A stretch of DNA of 64,000 nt, taken from contig CABUTR010000003.1 of the NCBI GenBank assembly GCA_902494555.1, positions 12,651 to 76,650 of the forward strand. Direction: 5' to 3'. Shown here piece by piece: positions 20,213-31,887 of this stretch (its first letter is position 1; the number at the start of each line of letters is the position of its first letter). The notes under the pieces are model-generated. The model made no database searches. It had not been told where the DNA came from and was given only the letters and a program-made list of their open reading frames with translations. The DNA is from an uncultured Collinsella sp. Its GTDB lineage: Bacteria; Actinomycetota; Coriobacteriia; Coriobacteriales; Coriobacteriaceae. The position numbers and the translations under genes were made by a program.

Positions 20213-21073
20213 ATGAATCCCATTACCATGAAGCTCGTCGTCGATGATCTGATTCTGCAGGCTCTGCGCGAGGACATTACCTTTGAGGACGTGAGCACGG
20301 CGAGCGTGTGCCCCACGGCGCGTCCCGCCACGGTGGAGCTTATCGCCAAGGCCGATGGCATCATCGCCGGCCTGGATGTGTTCGCTCGCACCTTTGAACT
20401 GCTGGATTCGCAGAGTTCGGTGCTGTTTGATGTTGCCGATGGTGACGAGGTGCACGCCGGCGACCACGTGGGCCAGGTGCGCGGCGATGCACGCGTGCTG
20501 CTTTCGGGCGAGCGCGTGGCGCTCAACTACTTGCAGCGCATGAGCGGCATCGCTACCTATACACACCAGATGGCCGCGGTGCTCGAGGGCACCAAGACCG
20601 TGCTCGTCGACACACGCAAGACCACGCCGGGCATGCGCGTGTTTGAGAAGGCGGCGGTTGAGACCGGCGGTGGCAGCAACCACCGTTACAACCTGTCGAC
20701 GGCCGTCATGCTCAAGGACAACCACATCGATGCCGCCGGTGGCGTGACGCGCGCGATCGAGATGGCGCGCGCCCATGCATCGTTTACCACGACGGTCGAG
20801 ATCGAGTGCGAGAACCTGGACATGGTGCGCGAGGCCGTGGAGGCCGGTGCCGACATTATCATGCTCGACAACATGACCCATGACGACATGGCGGCCGCGA
20901 TTGAGCTTATCGCCGGCCGCGCCAAGACCGAGTGCTCGGGCAACGTGGACGTCAGCAATATCCGTGCACTCGCCGACCTGGGCGTTGACTTTATTAGCTC
21001 GGGGGCGTTAACGCACTCCGCGCCGATCCTCGACCTCTCGCTTAAGCACCTGCGTCTGCTGGACGGTAAATAA
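20213..21073 (+). CDS. nadC: Quinolinate phosphoribosyltransferase
   Basis: ERVALNYLQRMSGIAT, DTRKTTPG, MLKDNH, IMLDN, ALTHSA. Confidence 0.96.
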   Translation: MNPITMKLVVDDLILQALREDITFEDVSTASVCPTARPATVELIAKADGIIAGLDVFARTFELLDSQSSVLFDVADGDEVHAGDHVGQVRGDARVLLSGERVALNYLQRMSGIATYTHQMAAVLEGTKTVLVDTRKTTPGMRVFEKAAVETGGGSNHRYNLSTAVMLKDNHIDAAGGVTRAIEMARAHASFTTTVEIECENLDMVREAVEAGADIIMLDNMTHDDMAAAIELIAGRAKTECSGNVDVSNIRALADLGVDFISSGALTHSAPILDLSLKHLRLLDGK

Positions 21074-21618
21074 TGAACGCCCGCGAGCGTCGCCGTGCCA
21101 TCATGGCCGTGCTCGAGGGAGCCAAGGGACCCGTATCGGGCAGCGCGCTTGCCCGCGAGGTGGGTGTGAGCCGCCAGGTCGTGGTGCAGGACATCGCCCT
21201 GCTGCGCGCCGACGGGCACGATATCGTCGCCACCAATCGCGGCTATGTACTACAGGAGGCAGCGAGCAGCCCGGCTGTGCCCACGCGTCTGGTCAAGGTT
21301 CGCCACGGCGTGGAGCAGGCAGGCGATGAGCTCACGAGTATCATCGACGCCGGTGGTGCCGTGCTCAACGTGATCGTCAATCACCGCGTGTACGGTAAGA
21401 TCACGGCCGACCTGGACATCCGCAATCGTCGCGATGTTGAGCGCTACCTGCACGATATCGAGAGCGGCAAGAGCTTCCCACTGCTGACGGTGACGAGCGG
21501 CTATCACTTCCATCGCATTGCGGCGGAAGACGAGCAGACCCTCGACGAGATCGAGGCCATACTCAAGGAGAAGGGCTACTTGGCAGACCTCATGCCCTAC
21601 GAAGACGACCTATCGTAG
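21073..21618 (+). CDS. niaR: Niacin-responsive repressor NiaR (HTH + 3H domain)
   Basis: VSRQVVVQDIALLR, ATNRGY, HRVYG, GYHFH. Confidence 0.92.
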   Translation: MNARERRRAIMAVLEGAKGPVSGSALAREVGVSRQVVVQDIALLRADGHDIVATNRGYVLQEAASSPAVPTRLVKVRHGVEQAGDELTSIIDAGGAVLNVIVNHRVYGKITADLDIRNRRDVERYLHDIESGKSFPLLTVTSGYHFHRIAAEDEQTLDEIEAILKEKGYLADLMPYEDDLS

Positions 21619-21682
21619 CCGACGCTGCAAACGCCCCTAAGCGGCAATCTGCGGCGGTGCCATATTAGTTATCCTCACAAAC

Positions 21683-21722
21683 AAAAGGAGGCCTCCGCGG
21701 CGATGCGGAGGCCTCCTTTTTG
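21683..21722. terminator. Bidirectional intrinsic terminator
   Basis: AAAAGGAGGCCTCCGC...GCGGAGGCCTCCTTTT between convergent niaR and ferredoxin. Confidence 0.85.
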
Positions 21723-21759
21723 TGCACGGTGTACTTTTGAGTGTGCAAGTGGGGAGTTG

Positions 21760-21945
21760 TTACTCCTCGACGATCTCGGTGATCGCGCCAGCGGGGCAAG
21801 CGTCCTGGCAAGCGCCACAGGCGACGCAGGAGTCCTCGTCAGCGACGGTAGCGACGTCCTGGAGCTCCAGAACGCCAGCGGGGCAGGAGTCGACGCAAAC
21901 GCCACAAGCGATGCACTCGTCGGCATCAATTACGGGATGAGCCAT
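21760..21945 (-). CDS. 2x[4Fe-4S] ferredoxin
   Basis: CIACGVCVDSCP and CVACGACQDACP; GAGGA RBS. Confidence 0.94.
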   Translation of the reverse strand: MAHPVIDADECIACGVCVDSCPAGVLELQDVATVADEDSCVACGACQDACPAGAITEIVEE

Positions 21946-22352
21946 GGTAGTTTCCTCTCTGTTGACCGACGCTACAGGCGATGCGCGTCGGTTTGATTCG
22001 GGCAAAAACATACCACGGGAGCGACCGTTTGCAATACCCTCTGACCGGCATCTTCATACCGTTCGCCGAGTATGCCAAGGTTTACTAAAAAACACGCAGG
22101 TGGGGCCGCTGAGCTGCGCAAATGTTAGCTAAAGGTGACTTGTAATATTGAGCAATTGAGCGAGCTTTTGGAAAGCGTGTCTCGGAATCGACGCTCAAAA
22201 CGGGTCACGCTTTCCTCGGGGTCGCCCCAAGACCGCTCCGTGTGGCTCCGGCCCAGATCTCAGCCATCTCTACATAGATTTCGATAGATTTGCCGAGAAC
22301 TCAAACAGCGCATTTACCTGCGCATTTAAGAACCTAAACTCTCGGCAATAAG

Positions 22353-22379
22353 AAATCTTATATGAATTGACTTAGATTT
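22353..22379. promoter_or_regulatory. HAIR-like putative HspR operator upstream of dnaK
   Basis: AAATCTTATATGAATTGACTTAGATTT; both 11-nt arms identical to the box upstream of clpB. Confidence 0.75.
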
Positions 22380-22488
22380 TGTATATTCCGGCCCATAAGG
22401 GGATACACTACATCCTGAAAGACAAGCCGAAACACCGCTCGGCAGACCGCCGAGTCGGTGCAAACGCACAAGAGAGAGGGAATTTCTA

Positions 22489-24381
<1,893 letters not shown>

Positions 24382-24383
24382 TC

Positions 24384-25226
24384 ATGTCCGCCCGTAAAGC
24401 TCGCACGGAGGCGGCTGCCGCTGGCGCCGCCCCCGTTGACTCTGAGGAGAAGGACGTGAAGATTCCCGTAGAGGCCGTCGACGATACCGAGGCCAACGAG
24501 GCCGAGGCCGCCGAGGCTGCCGAGAACCAGGTAGAGGATTCCAACAAGGAGGCGACGATGACCGAGGACGAGATGGTGGAAGCCGCTATCCGCGCCGGTG
24601 AGGAAGCCGCCGACAACGACTTTAAGCTCAAGTTCGAGCAGGCCCAAAAGGAGCTTGCCGACGTGCGCAATGAGCTCGATGCTGCTGCAGAGGCTCAGAA
24701 GGCTGCCGAGGACAAGGCAAAGGACGCCACCGAGCGCACCGCCCGTCTGCAGGCCGACTGGGAGAACTTCCGTCGCCGCACCGCCAACGAGCGCATCGCC
24801 GAGCGCGACCGCGCGACCGAGAAGCTCGTCACCGCGCTGTTGCCGGTGATCGACGATATCGAGCGCGCAATCGACCATGCCCGTAGCCAGGAGCTTTCCG
24901 ACGATTTTAAGCAGTTCGTCGATGGCGTCGATGCGGTGCATGCCAAGCTGCTCGATGTGTTTGCGCACGAGGGCGTTGAGCCCATCGACCCCAAGGGCGA
25001 GGCATTCGATCCGCTCGAGCACCAGGCCGTGGGGCGTGTCGAGGACGCATCGCAGTACGACGAGACCGTCAACGACGTGTACCAGAAGGGCTACCGCATG
25101 GCGGACCGCATTCTGCGCTCCGCGATGGTGACGGTGACCTACGGTGGCGAGAAGCGCCCCGCACCGGAGCCCGAAGCGGCGCCCGAGGATGCCGCGGCCG
25201 ATACGGCCGAGAGCACCGAGGAGTAA
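24384..25226 (+). CDS. grpE: Nucleotide exchange factor GrpE with long acidic N-terminus
   Basis: RLQADWENFRRR, FDPLEHQAV, QKGYRM...RSAMVTV; alternative GTG start near 24457 possible. Confidence 0.95.
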   Translation: MSARKARTEAAAAGAAPVDSEEKDVKIPVEAVDDTEANEAEAAEAAENQVEDSNKEATMTEDEMVEAAIRAGEEAADNDFKLKFEQAQKELADVRNELDAAAEAQKAAEDKAKDATERTARLQADWENFRRRTANERIAERDRATEKLVTALLPVIDDIERAIDHARSQELSDDFKQFVDGVDAVHAKLLDVFAHEGVEPIDPKGEAFDPLEHQAVGRVEDASQYDETVNDVYQKGYRMADRILRSAMVTVTYGGEKRPAPEPEAAPEDAAADTAESTEE

Positions 25227-25229
25227 TTG

Positions 25230-25264
25230 AGAAGGGCCCCGGGGCAACACCCGGGGCCCTTTCT
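25230..25264 (+). terminator. Terminator-like hairpin between grpE and dnaJ
   Basis: AAGGGCCCCGGG-GCAACA-CCCGGGGCCCTT followed by TCT. Confidence 0.7.
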
Positions 25265-25333
25265 GGCCTAGTGCCATATGAAAGCATGAGCCGCCGCCCG
25301 CTGGGCGGCGGATGAAACAGGAGAGGAGCTACG

Positions 25334-26299
25334 ATGGCTGCAGGCAAAACCTTCTATGACATCCTGGGCGTATCCAAGAGCGCCTCCGACAAAGAGATCA
25401 AGAGCGCGTTTCGCAAGCTCGCGCAAAAATATCACCCCGATGCCGGCGGCGACGAGGCCAAGTTCAAGGAGATCAGCGAGGCCTACGAGACGCTTTCGGA
25501 CGAGAAGAAGCGCAAAGAGTACGACCAGATGCTCATGTTTGGCGGCATGCCGGGCGCGGGCGGCGCATATGGCGGCGGCTACGGTGCCGGCGCGGGCGCC
25601 AGCGGCTGGGGCGACATCTTCGACAGCATCTTTAGCGGCAACGGCGCCTGGGGCAGCGATTGGGGCTCGGGCTTTGCCGGGGCTGCGGGCGCTGCCGGTG
25701 CCGGCGCGGGTCGCAGCCGCGCTCGCAAGGGCGGCGACCTGTCGCTGACCGTCGATGTTTCGGCCGAGGACGCGTTTCGCGGCGTGACGCACAAGGTCAC
25801 CTATCGCATTCCCTCGACAGGCGAGCAGCAGACCATCACGGTCTCGGTGCCCGCGGGCGCGGTCGATGGCGGCAAGCTACGCTACAAGCGTCGCGGCGAG
25901 TATGGCGTTGCGGGTGGCGAGCGCGGCGACCTGGTCGTGACCACGCATGTGGAGGAGCACCCGCTGTTCAAGCGCAAAGGCGCCGACGTGACCATGGAGG
26001 TACCGGTCTCGGTCTACGAGGCGGCGCTCGGCTGCACGGTGGACGTGCCCACACCCGGCGGTGCGACGGTCCGTTTGAAAGTGCCCGCGGGTACCCAGAC
26101 GGGCAAGAAGTTCCGCTTTAAGGAGATGGGAGCGCCCGACGTTAAGCACCGTGGTCGTACGGGCGCGCTGCTCGTCGAGATCAAGGTGCAGGTCCCCACG
26201 AACCTATCCGATGACGAGCACGATGCCATGACCAAGCTGCGCGAGGCCGACACGCGCGACTATCGCGAGAAGGTCAACCGTTACAAGGCGACGTACTAG
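25334..26299 (+). CDS. dnaJ: J-domain co-chaperone, class B (no zinc finger; CbpA/DnaJ2-like)
   Basis: HPD J-domain, G/F-rich region, DnaJ_C; no CxxCxGxG repeats. Confidence 0.92.
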   Translation: MAAGKTFYDILGVSKSASDKEIKSAFRKLAQKYHPDAGGDEAKFKEISEAYETLSDEKKRKEYDQMLMFGGMPGAGGAYGGGYGAGAGASGWGDIFDSIFSGNGAWGSDWGSGFAGAAGAAGAGAGRSRARKGGDLSLTVDVSAEDAFRGVTHKVTYRIPSTGEQQTITVSVPAGAVDGGKLRYKRRGEYGVAGGERGDLVVTTHVEEHPLFKRKGADVTMEVPVSVYEAALGCTVDVPTPGGATVRLKVPAGTQTGKKFRFKEMGAPDVKHRGRTGALLVEIKVQVPTNLSDDEHDAMTKLREADTRDYREKVNRYKATY

Positions 26300-26371
26300 G
26301 GCGGTCGCGGCGCGCGCCCGCGCCCGCGGGCTTATGATGGACGATAACGAGACGGAAAGGGGTCAGGTAGC

Positions 26372-26788
26372 ATGGCCGAGGACAATAGGAACAAACCGCT
26401 GTACATGATCAGCGTGGCGGCCGAGCTGACCGGCATGCATCCGCAGACTCTGCGCGTCTACGAGTCTAAGGGCCTGGTGAACCCCCAGCGCTCGGGCGGT
26501 AACACACGCCTGTATTCGCGTGCCGATATCGAGCGTCTGGAGCTCATCAACCAGCTGACTGACGAGGGTATCAACCTTGCCGGCGTGGTGCGCATTCTCG
26601 ATATGAAGGAGCGTGCCGAGGAGCGCGAGCGCGAGAACGAGAAGCTCCGCGCTCGCGTGCGCCAGCTCGAGGATGAGCTGCACGAGTACAAGATGCAGAA
26701 GAAGATCACCGCCCTGGCCCCGCGCGATGGCTCGGTTAACCCCGAGCAAGTCATGCGCAAGCTACTGGGCGCCGGCGGAGATCTCTAG
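26372..26788 (+). CDS. hspR: Heat-shock repressor HspR (MerR family)
   Basis: YMISVAAELTGMHPQTLRVYE, GINLAGV; last gene of the dnaK operon. Confidence 0.95.
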   Translation: MAEDNRNKPLYMISVAAELTGMHPQTLRVYESKGLVNPQRSGGNTRLYSRADIERLELINQLTDEGINLAGVVRILDMKERAEERERENEKLRARVRQLEDELHEYKMQKKITALAPRDGSVNPEQVMRKLLGAGGDL

Positions 26789-26951
26789 GTTCCGCCGTTC
26801 TACCGAACGGCCGACGCTGCGCGACGTCCGGAGCGACAATTTGTCATTCAAAAGGCAAGGCATGACCAGAAGGTCTATGCCTAGCCTTTTTCATGCCAAC
26901 TTGTTCGCTCCGGACGTCGCTCGCTGTCCGTCCTCTACCTGCGGCGTTGCC
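26788..26951 (+). repeat. Structured intergenic element family I, copy C
   Basis: GCCGTTC-TACC-GAACGGC, GACGCTGC, stem GCGACGTCCGGAGCGA/TCGCTCCGGACGTCGC, apical GGCATGACC-AGAA-GGTC(T)ATGCC. Confidence 0.9.
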
Positions 26952-26966
26952 TTGCTCCGGATGCGG

Positions 26967-26995
26967 TAGTCATTGGGGACGTTCTTAAATGACTA
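26967..26995. repeat. GGGAC-loop hairpin (family II variant)
   Basis: TAGTCATT-GGGGACGTTCTTA-AATGACTA; similar GTAGTCATTGGGG...GGGGACGTTC follows copy B at about 7287-7318. Confidence 0.65.
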
Positions 26996-27169
26996 GTCGA
27001 AAGGGACACTCTTGCGCCAAATCTGCCGGCCCCACACCGGGCTCGTCCTTTGCTTTACTGAGATAAAGTGAACGCGCAGATTCGTAACCCGCTCGCAACC
27101 GTTCTATGGCACGATATTGAACGAATGTATGCTATGCGCCCGAGCCTTTCGGGCAGAGTGGGAGACAGT

Positions 27170-29470
27170 ATGGTTAAGCTGTACGAGGACGGCATCTACC
27201 TGCGCGGCGGCAGCGAGGTTGTGCCTGCAGCCGAGGCCGCTGAGCGCGGCATTACGCAGACGCCCGAGGATGCCAAGCGCGGCACCATCGCGTATTCGAT
27301 CCTTCAGGCACACAATACGTCCGGCGACCCCGAGGCGCTCAAGATTCGCTTCGACGCCATGGCGAGCCACGACATCACCTTTGTCGGCATCATCCAGACG
27401 GCGCGCGCCTCGGGCATGGAGCAGTTCCCGCTGCCCTACGTGCTCACCAACTGCCATAATTCGCTGTGCGCCGTGGGCGGCACCATCAACGAGGACGACC
27501 ACGTCTTTGGCCTCTCTGCGGCCAAGAAGTACGGCGGCATCTTCGTCCCGCCGCACATCGCCGTCATCCACTCCTTTATGCGCGAGAACTTTGCCGGTTG
27601 CGGCAAGATGATCTTGGGTTCCGACTCGCACACCCGCTACGGCGCTCTGGGCACTATGGCCGTGGGCGAGGGCGGCGGCGAGCTGGCAAAGCAACTGCTG
27701 CGCGACACCTACGACGTCGCCTATCCCGGCGTTGTCGCCATCTACCTCACGGGCGCCCCGCGCCCCGGCGTCGGCCCGCACGACGTTGCGCTCGCCATCA
27801 TCCGCGCTGTCTTTGCCAAGGGTTACGTCAAGAACAAGGTCATGGAGTTTGTGGGCCCCGGCATCGCGAGCATGACGACCGATTACCGCAACGGCGTCGA
27901 CGTCATGACCACCGAGACCACCTGCCTGTCGAGCATCTGGGCCACTGACGAGGACACGCATGCATTCCTGACCATGCACGGCCGCGGCGACGACTACCGC
28001 GAGCTCAAGCCCGCCGATGTCGCCTACTACGACGGCTGCGTCGAGGTCGATCTGTCGAGCATCAAGCCCATGATCGCGCTGCCGTTCCATCCTTCCAACG
28101 GCTTTGAGATCGACGATCTCAACGAGAACCTCGAGGACATCCTGCACGAGGTGGAGCTCGAGGCCGCCAAGATCGGCGAGGGTAAGACGCACTTTAGCCT
28201 GCTCGACAAGATCGTCGACGGCAAGCTGCACGTGCAGCAGGGCGTCATCGCCGGCTGCTCGGGCGGCAACTACGACTCCGTGGTTCAGGCTGCCCGCGTG
28301 CTCAAGGGCGCCAACACCGGCTGCGGCGAGTTCTCGCTGTCGGTCTATCCCACGAGCCAGCCCGTGGCGCTCGAACTTACACGTCGTGGCTATATCTACG
28401 ACCTTATGGAGGCCGGCGCGATCGTGCGCACGGCGTTCTGCGGTCCGTGCTTTGGCGCCGGCGACACGCCTGCCAACAACGGCCTTTCGATCCGCCACAC
28501 TACGCGCAACTTCCCCAACCGTGAGGGCTCCAAGCCGGGCAGTGGCCAGTTGAGCGCCGTGGCTCTGATGGACGCTCGCTCCATTGCGGCGACGGCTGCC
28601 AACGGCGGCGTCCTGACGCCGGCGACCGACCTGCCCGAGGACACCTGGGACGAGGCCTGCGAGTACACCTTCGACGACGCTCCCTACAAGAAGCGCGTGT
28701 ACTGGGGCTTTGACAAGGCTGAGCCCGCCGACGAGCTGGTCGAGGGCCCCAACATCAAGCCGTGGCCCGCGATGGAGCCGCTCGGCGACGATATCCTGCT
28801 CAAGGTTTGCTCCAAGATCATGGACCCGGTCACTACGACCGACGAGCTCATTCCCTCGGGCGAGACGAGCTCCTTCCGCTCCAACCCGCTGGGCCTGGCC
28901 GAGTTTACGCTGAGCCGCCGCGACCCGGCCTACGTGGGCCGTTCCAAGGAGGTTGACGCGGTAGAAAAGCGCCGCGTGGCCGGCGAGGCCACGGGCGACC
29001 TGGCGGCGCTCGATGCCGAGCTTGCCGGCGTGTTTGAGGCGCTGGCCGGCGCGGGCATCGCGGCCGATGCCAAGGCGACCGAGTATGGCTCCATGCTCTA
29101 CGCCAAGAAGCCGGGCGACGGTTCTGCCCGCGAGCAGGCCGCGAGCTGCCAGCGCGTAATTGGCGGCCTGGCCAACATCGTCCACGAGTACGCCACCAAG
29201 CGCTATCGCTCCAACGTGATGAACTGGGGCATGGTGCCCTTCCAGATGGAGACGGAGCCCAACTTTGAGGTGGGCGACTACGTCTTTGTGCCGGGTATCC
29301 GTGCCGCGCTCGATGGCGACCTCAAGAACATCGCCGCCTACGTGGTGCGCGCCGACGGCACGGTCGAGCAGATTGAGCTTTACATTGCCGATATGACGGC
29401 CGAGGAGCGTGCCATCGTCAAGGCCGGCTGCCTGATCAACTACAACAAGTTCAAGGCCGCTGCCGAGTAA
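27170..29470 (+). CDS. Aconitase-family hydratase (YbhJ-like)
   Basis: [39 protein letters not shown], swivel domain [16 protein letters not shown]. Confidence 0.9.
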   Translation: MVKLYEDGIYLRGGSEVVPAAEAAERGITQTPEDAKRGTIAYSILQAHNTSGDPEALKIRFDAMASHDITFVGIIQTARASGMEQFPLPYVLTNCHNSLCAVGGTINEDDHVFGLSAAKKYGGIFVPPHIAVIHSFMRENFAGCGKMILGSDSHTRYGALGTMAVGEGGGELAKQLLRDTYDVAYPGVVAIYLTGAPRPGVGPHDVALAIIRAVFAKGYVKNKVMEFVGPGIASMTTDYRNGVDVMTTETTCLSSIWATDEDTHAFLTMHGRGDDYRELKPADVAYYDGCVEVDLSSIKPMIALPFHPSNGFEIDDLNENLEDILHEVELEAAKIGEGKTHFSLLDKIVDGKLHVQQGVIAGCSGGNYDSVVQAARVLKGANTGCGEFSLSVYPTSQPVALELTRRGYIYDLMEAGAIVRTAFCGPCFGAGDTPANNGLSIRHTTRNFPNREGSKPGSGQLSAVALMDARSIAATAANGGVLTPATDLPEDTWDEACEYTFDDAPYKKRVYWGFDKAEPADELVEGPNIKPWPAMEPLGDDILLKVCSKIMDPVTTTDELIPSGETSSFRSNPLGLAEFTLSRRDPAYVGRSKEVDAVEKRRVAGEATGDLAALDAELAGVFEALAGAGIAADAKATEYGSMLYAKKPGDGSAREQAASCQRVIGGLANIVHEYATKRYRSNVMNWGMVPFQMETEPNFEVGDYVFVPGIRAALDGDLKNIAAYVVRADGTVEQIELYIADMTAEERAIVKAGCLINYNKFKAAAE

Positions 29471-29481
29471 CTCTGCTGTAC

Positions 29482-29553
29482 GCCCCGGACACACCTTTCC
29501 CTCGTGCTCACGCGCTTCGCGAGGGTCGCCCGAGGGAAAGGTGTGTTCGGGGC
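29482..29553. repeat. Long 23-bp-stem hairpin after the hydratase stop
   Basis: GCCCCGGACACACCTTTCCCTCG ... CGAGGGAAAGGTGTGTTCGGGGC with internal CGCGCTTCGCG mini-hairpin. Confidence 0.75.
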
Positions 29554-29604
29554 TACCGCGACGCTCTCGTTGGGTCTTGAGGGACGCCAAAAATAGACTT
29601 GCTT

Positions 29605-29638
29605 GAAGCCGCTTCTCTTAATGGGGCGGCTTCTTTTT
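29605..29638 (+). terminator. Intrinsic terminator
   Basis: GAAGCCGCTTC...GGGGCGGCTTC followed by TTTTT. Confidence 0.7.
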
Positions 29639-29671
29639 GTCGAAAACCACCACAAAGGTGCCCGGCGGTTC

Positions 29672-30319
29672 CTATTTCGATGGGGTCCAGGTTATCTCAT
29701 CGTCAAATAGCCAAGTGCGTGCTGAGCCGCTGTCGCGCGCTGTCTGCGGATCGGGCTCGCAGGTTTGTTCGTAGGCATCCTCGGTACACCGATCCATAAA
29801 ATCGACGACTGCCGTCTGGTCGCCTTCCATGACGTAGATCACGTTGCCATCCGAGATATAGACTCCCGGCCCTTCGTTGTCCACGTAGCCGGGGTCGTAT
29901 GAGACGTTGCACAGTCTGCTCCCGTTTGCCGCATCGAGTTCAAGGGTCGAATAATACCCGCCATTCATTTGGAGTTTCTTGGCTCGATATATTGCGGCGC
30001 CGTACCACCGCGTAAACGTCTTGCCTTTGAGTAAATTGGTTGCCTTGCCGATAAGCTGCTCATCTTGGGTATAGCGCGTGGCTCCAAGTTCGATTCGGGG
30101 ATAGTTGCTGACCCCAAGCGCTGCGGGCGTACCGTCGAAATCGACGGTGATTGAATCGGGTTTGACGATATCGGTGAGGATTTCGATAGGGTAGCTTACG
30201 GTTTCAACCGCCGCCTGCGTCGCCGAGGCAGGGAGAAATGCGAGATAGATAATGCCTACGCCGACTGCGGTAATTGCAAACGCTAAGACGAGCAGGCCGA
30301 TATAGGTGGAGCGTTTCAC
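29672..30319 (-). CDS. Membrane-anchored/exported protein of unknown function (paralog 1)
   Basis: N-terminal hydrophobic helix; full-length colinear similarity to 30850-31521; GTG start inferred. Confidence 0.85.
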   Translation of the reverse strand: MKRSTYIGLLVLAFAITAVGVGIIYLAFLPASATQAAVETVSYPIEILTDIVKPDSITVDFDGTPAALGVSNYPRIELGATRYTQDEQLIGKATNLLKGKTFTRWYGAAIYRAKKLQMNGGYYSTLELDAANGSRLCNVSYDPGYVDNEGPGVYISDGNVIYVMEGDQTAVVDFMDRCTEDAYEQTCEPDPQTARDSGSARTWLFDDEITWTPSK

Positions 30320-30728
30320 GGTGGGCACCTCTCATGCAATATGCAATCATTAAGATAAATGATACAAGCTTACGACAATATTCAAAAGAAAGCGATCGTT
30401 CGAAATGGGGGGCTAAAAGGCCCTATTGGGCTTCGATTCGATCTCTAATAGGAATATTTGCCTCCCCTCATTCTGGGCGAGGGGTCAAAAATTGAGTTCA
30501 CGAGTTTTGCGCAATACTATTCTCACTAAACCCGCTATTTTCACTATAAGCACTATAAAAACGACGGGGACGATGACGAGAGTATTGTGGCGTACGATAA
30601 CCAAGCCGTTTAAGCCGGCACCCTTGTCTTGAATCTCCATCTATATCTGCGCGAACGGGCTATCGGTGGCTGTCGATTTTGTCGCTGTGTTCTCGTTGGG
30701 TCTTGAAGGACGCTAAAAAAGACTGGGA

Positions 30729-30760
30729 CCGCCACAAAGGGGACAGGACCTTTGTGGTGG
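30729..30760. repeat. GGGAC-loop hairpin (family II), left flank of paralog 2
   Basis: CCGCCACAAAG-GGGACAGGAC-CTTTGTGGTGG. Confidence 0.85.
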
Positions 30761-30849
30761 TGGGGTACGAGCAGCTCCTTTTGGTATTAGTGCTGGCCGC
30801 GATATCATTAGTGCAGGTGGCGAAGGCTTGCATTGTGAGGTGCTTTGCT

Positions 30850-31521
30850 GTGAGAAGTCCTGCCCGTATTGGATTGATTGTTTTGGCGCTTGCGATCACC
30901 GTGGTTGGCATGGGCGCTGTCGGCATGGCGTTTCTACCTGCTGCGGTGACGGAGCCGGTGGTTAAGCCTGTGACTCAATCTGTCGAACTTCTGACCGGCG
31001 ACGACAAGCCTGAGACCATTACCGTTGATTTTGATGAGCGACCGGCTGCGCTGGGCATTAGTAATTATCCACATATTCAGCTTGGGGCTATGCGCTATAC
31101 CACGGATTCTAGTCTGATCGAAAGGGCGTCCGAGCTGCTCAGGGGCAAAACCTTTAAGCGCTGGTATGGATATGCGTCCTATCGGGCAAAAGCGAACGAC
31201 ATGGTTGGCGGATGTCACTCGTCCATCGAGTTGGACACCGCGAATGGCGCCAAGTTATGTGATGTTTTGTACGATCCTGGCTACGAGGGCAATGAGGGGC
31301 CGGGCATCTACATCTTGGATGGCGATGCCGCCTATGTCATGGAGGGCAGCCGGACCGAGCTCAACGATTTTATGGGTCAGTGCATTCAGGATGCCTATGA
31401 ACAGACCTGCTTGCCCGACCCGCAGACTGCACGCGATAGCGGGTCTGCCCGTACATGGCTGTTCGAGGAAGAGATGCCCTGGAACGCCGAATCGGGAAGC
31501 ACAGGCTCGGCGAAGGAGTAG
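30850..31521 (+). CDS. Membrane-anchored/exported protein of unknown function (paralog 2)
   Basis: Shares ITVDFD..PAALG.SNYP, GKTF.RWYG, YDPGY..NEGPG, DAYEQTC.PDPQTARDSGSARTWLF with paralog 1; GTG start inferred. Confidence 0.85.
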   Translation: MRSPARIGLIVLALAITVVGMGAVGMAFLPAAVTEPVVKPVTQSVELLTGDDKPETITVDFDERPAALGISNYPHIQLGAMRYTTDSSLIERASELLRGKTFKRWYGYASYRAKANDMVGGCHSSIELDTANGAKLCDVLYDPGYEGNEGPGIYILDGDAAYVMEGSRTELNDFMGQCIQDAYEQTCLPDPQTARDSGSARTWLFEEEMPWNAESGSTGSAKE

Positions 31522-31530
31522 AGACCGCGA

Positions 31531-31563
31531 CCACCACAAAGGTGCCTGTCCCCTTTGCGGTGG
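31531..31563. repeat. GGGAC-loop hairpin (family II), right flank of paralog 2, inverted relative to 30729
   Basis: CCACCACAAAGGTGCCTGTCCCCTTTGCGGTGG; near reverse complement of 30729-30760. Confidence 0.85.
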
Positions 31564-31570
31564 TTCTCGG

Positions 31571-31709
31571 TTTGTCTCGATTTGTAACAGACAGAGCCCT
31601 ATTTGCCGACTAGATGTTACAGATTGAGACAAACGGGTGCCGCTGAACAATTTGTCTCGATCTGTAACATCTAGGATCAAAAATGGCTGCTAGATGCTAC
31701 AGATCGAGA
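31571..31709. repeat. Cluster of four alternating-orientation ~24-bp units
   Basis: TTTGTCTCGATCTGTAACATCTAG-type unit at 31571 and 31651 (+), inverted at 31610 and 31690; 80-bp period. Confidence 0.88.
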
Positions 31710-31771
31710 TGGTAGTGCGCCTGGGCAGCGGCGGGCTGACATCTCAGTACCCTATCCACCAATCACTCAGA

Positions 31772-31798
31772 AAATCTTATATATAGAGACTTAGATTT
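31772..31798. promoter_or_regulatory. HAIR-like putative HspR operator upstream of clpB
   Basis: AAATCTTATATATAGAGACTTAGATTT; same arms and spacing as the dnaK box. Confidence 0.75.
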
Positions 31799-31887
31799 GT
31801 GTATAAGATCGTACAAAGCTGGCAACAATACTTCTCGAACAACGTGAAGCCGCCCCGTAGGGCGGCCGCCCCAAGAGAGGTGATTCC

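Noticed and set aside
31571..31709. CRISPR array
   Set aside because: Units alternate in orientation, spacers are too short and no cas genes are present
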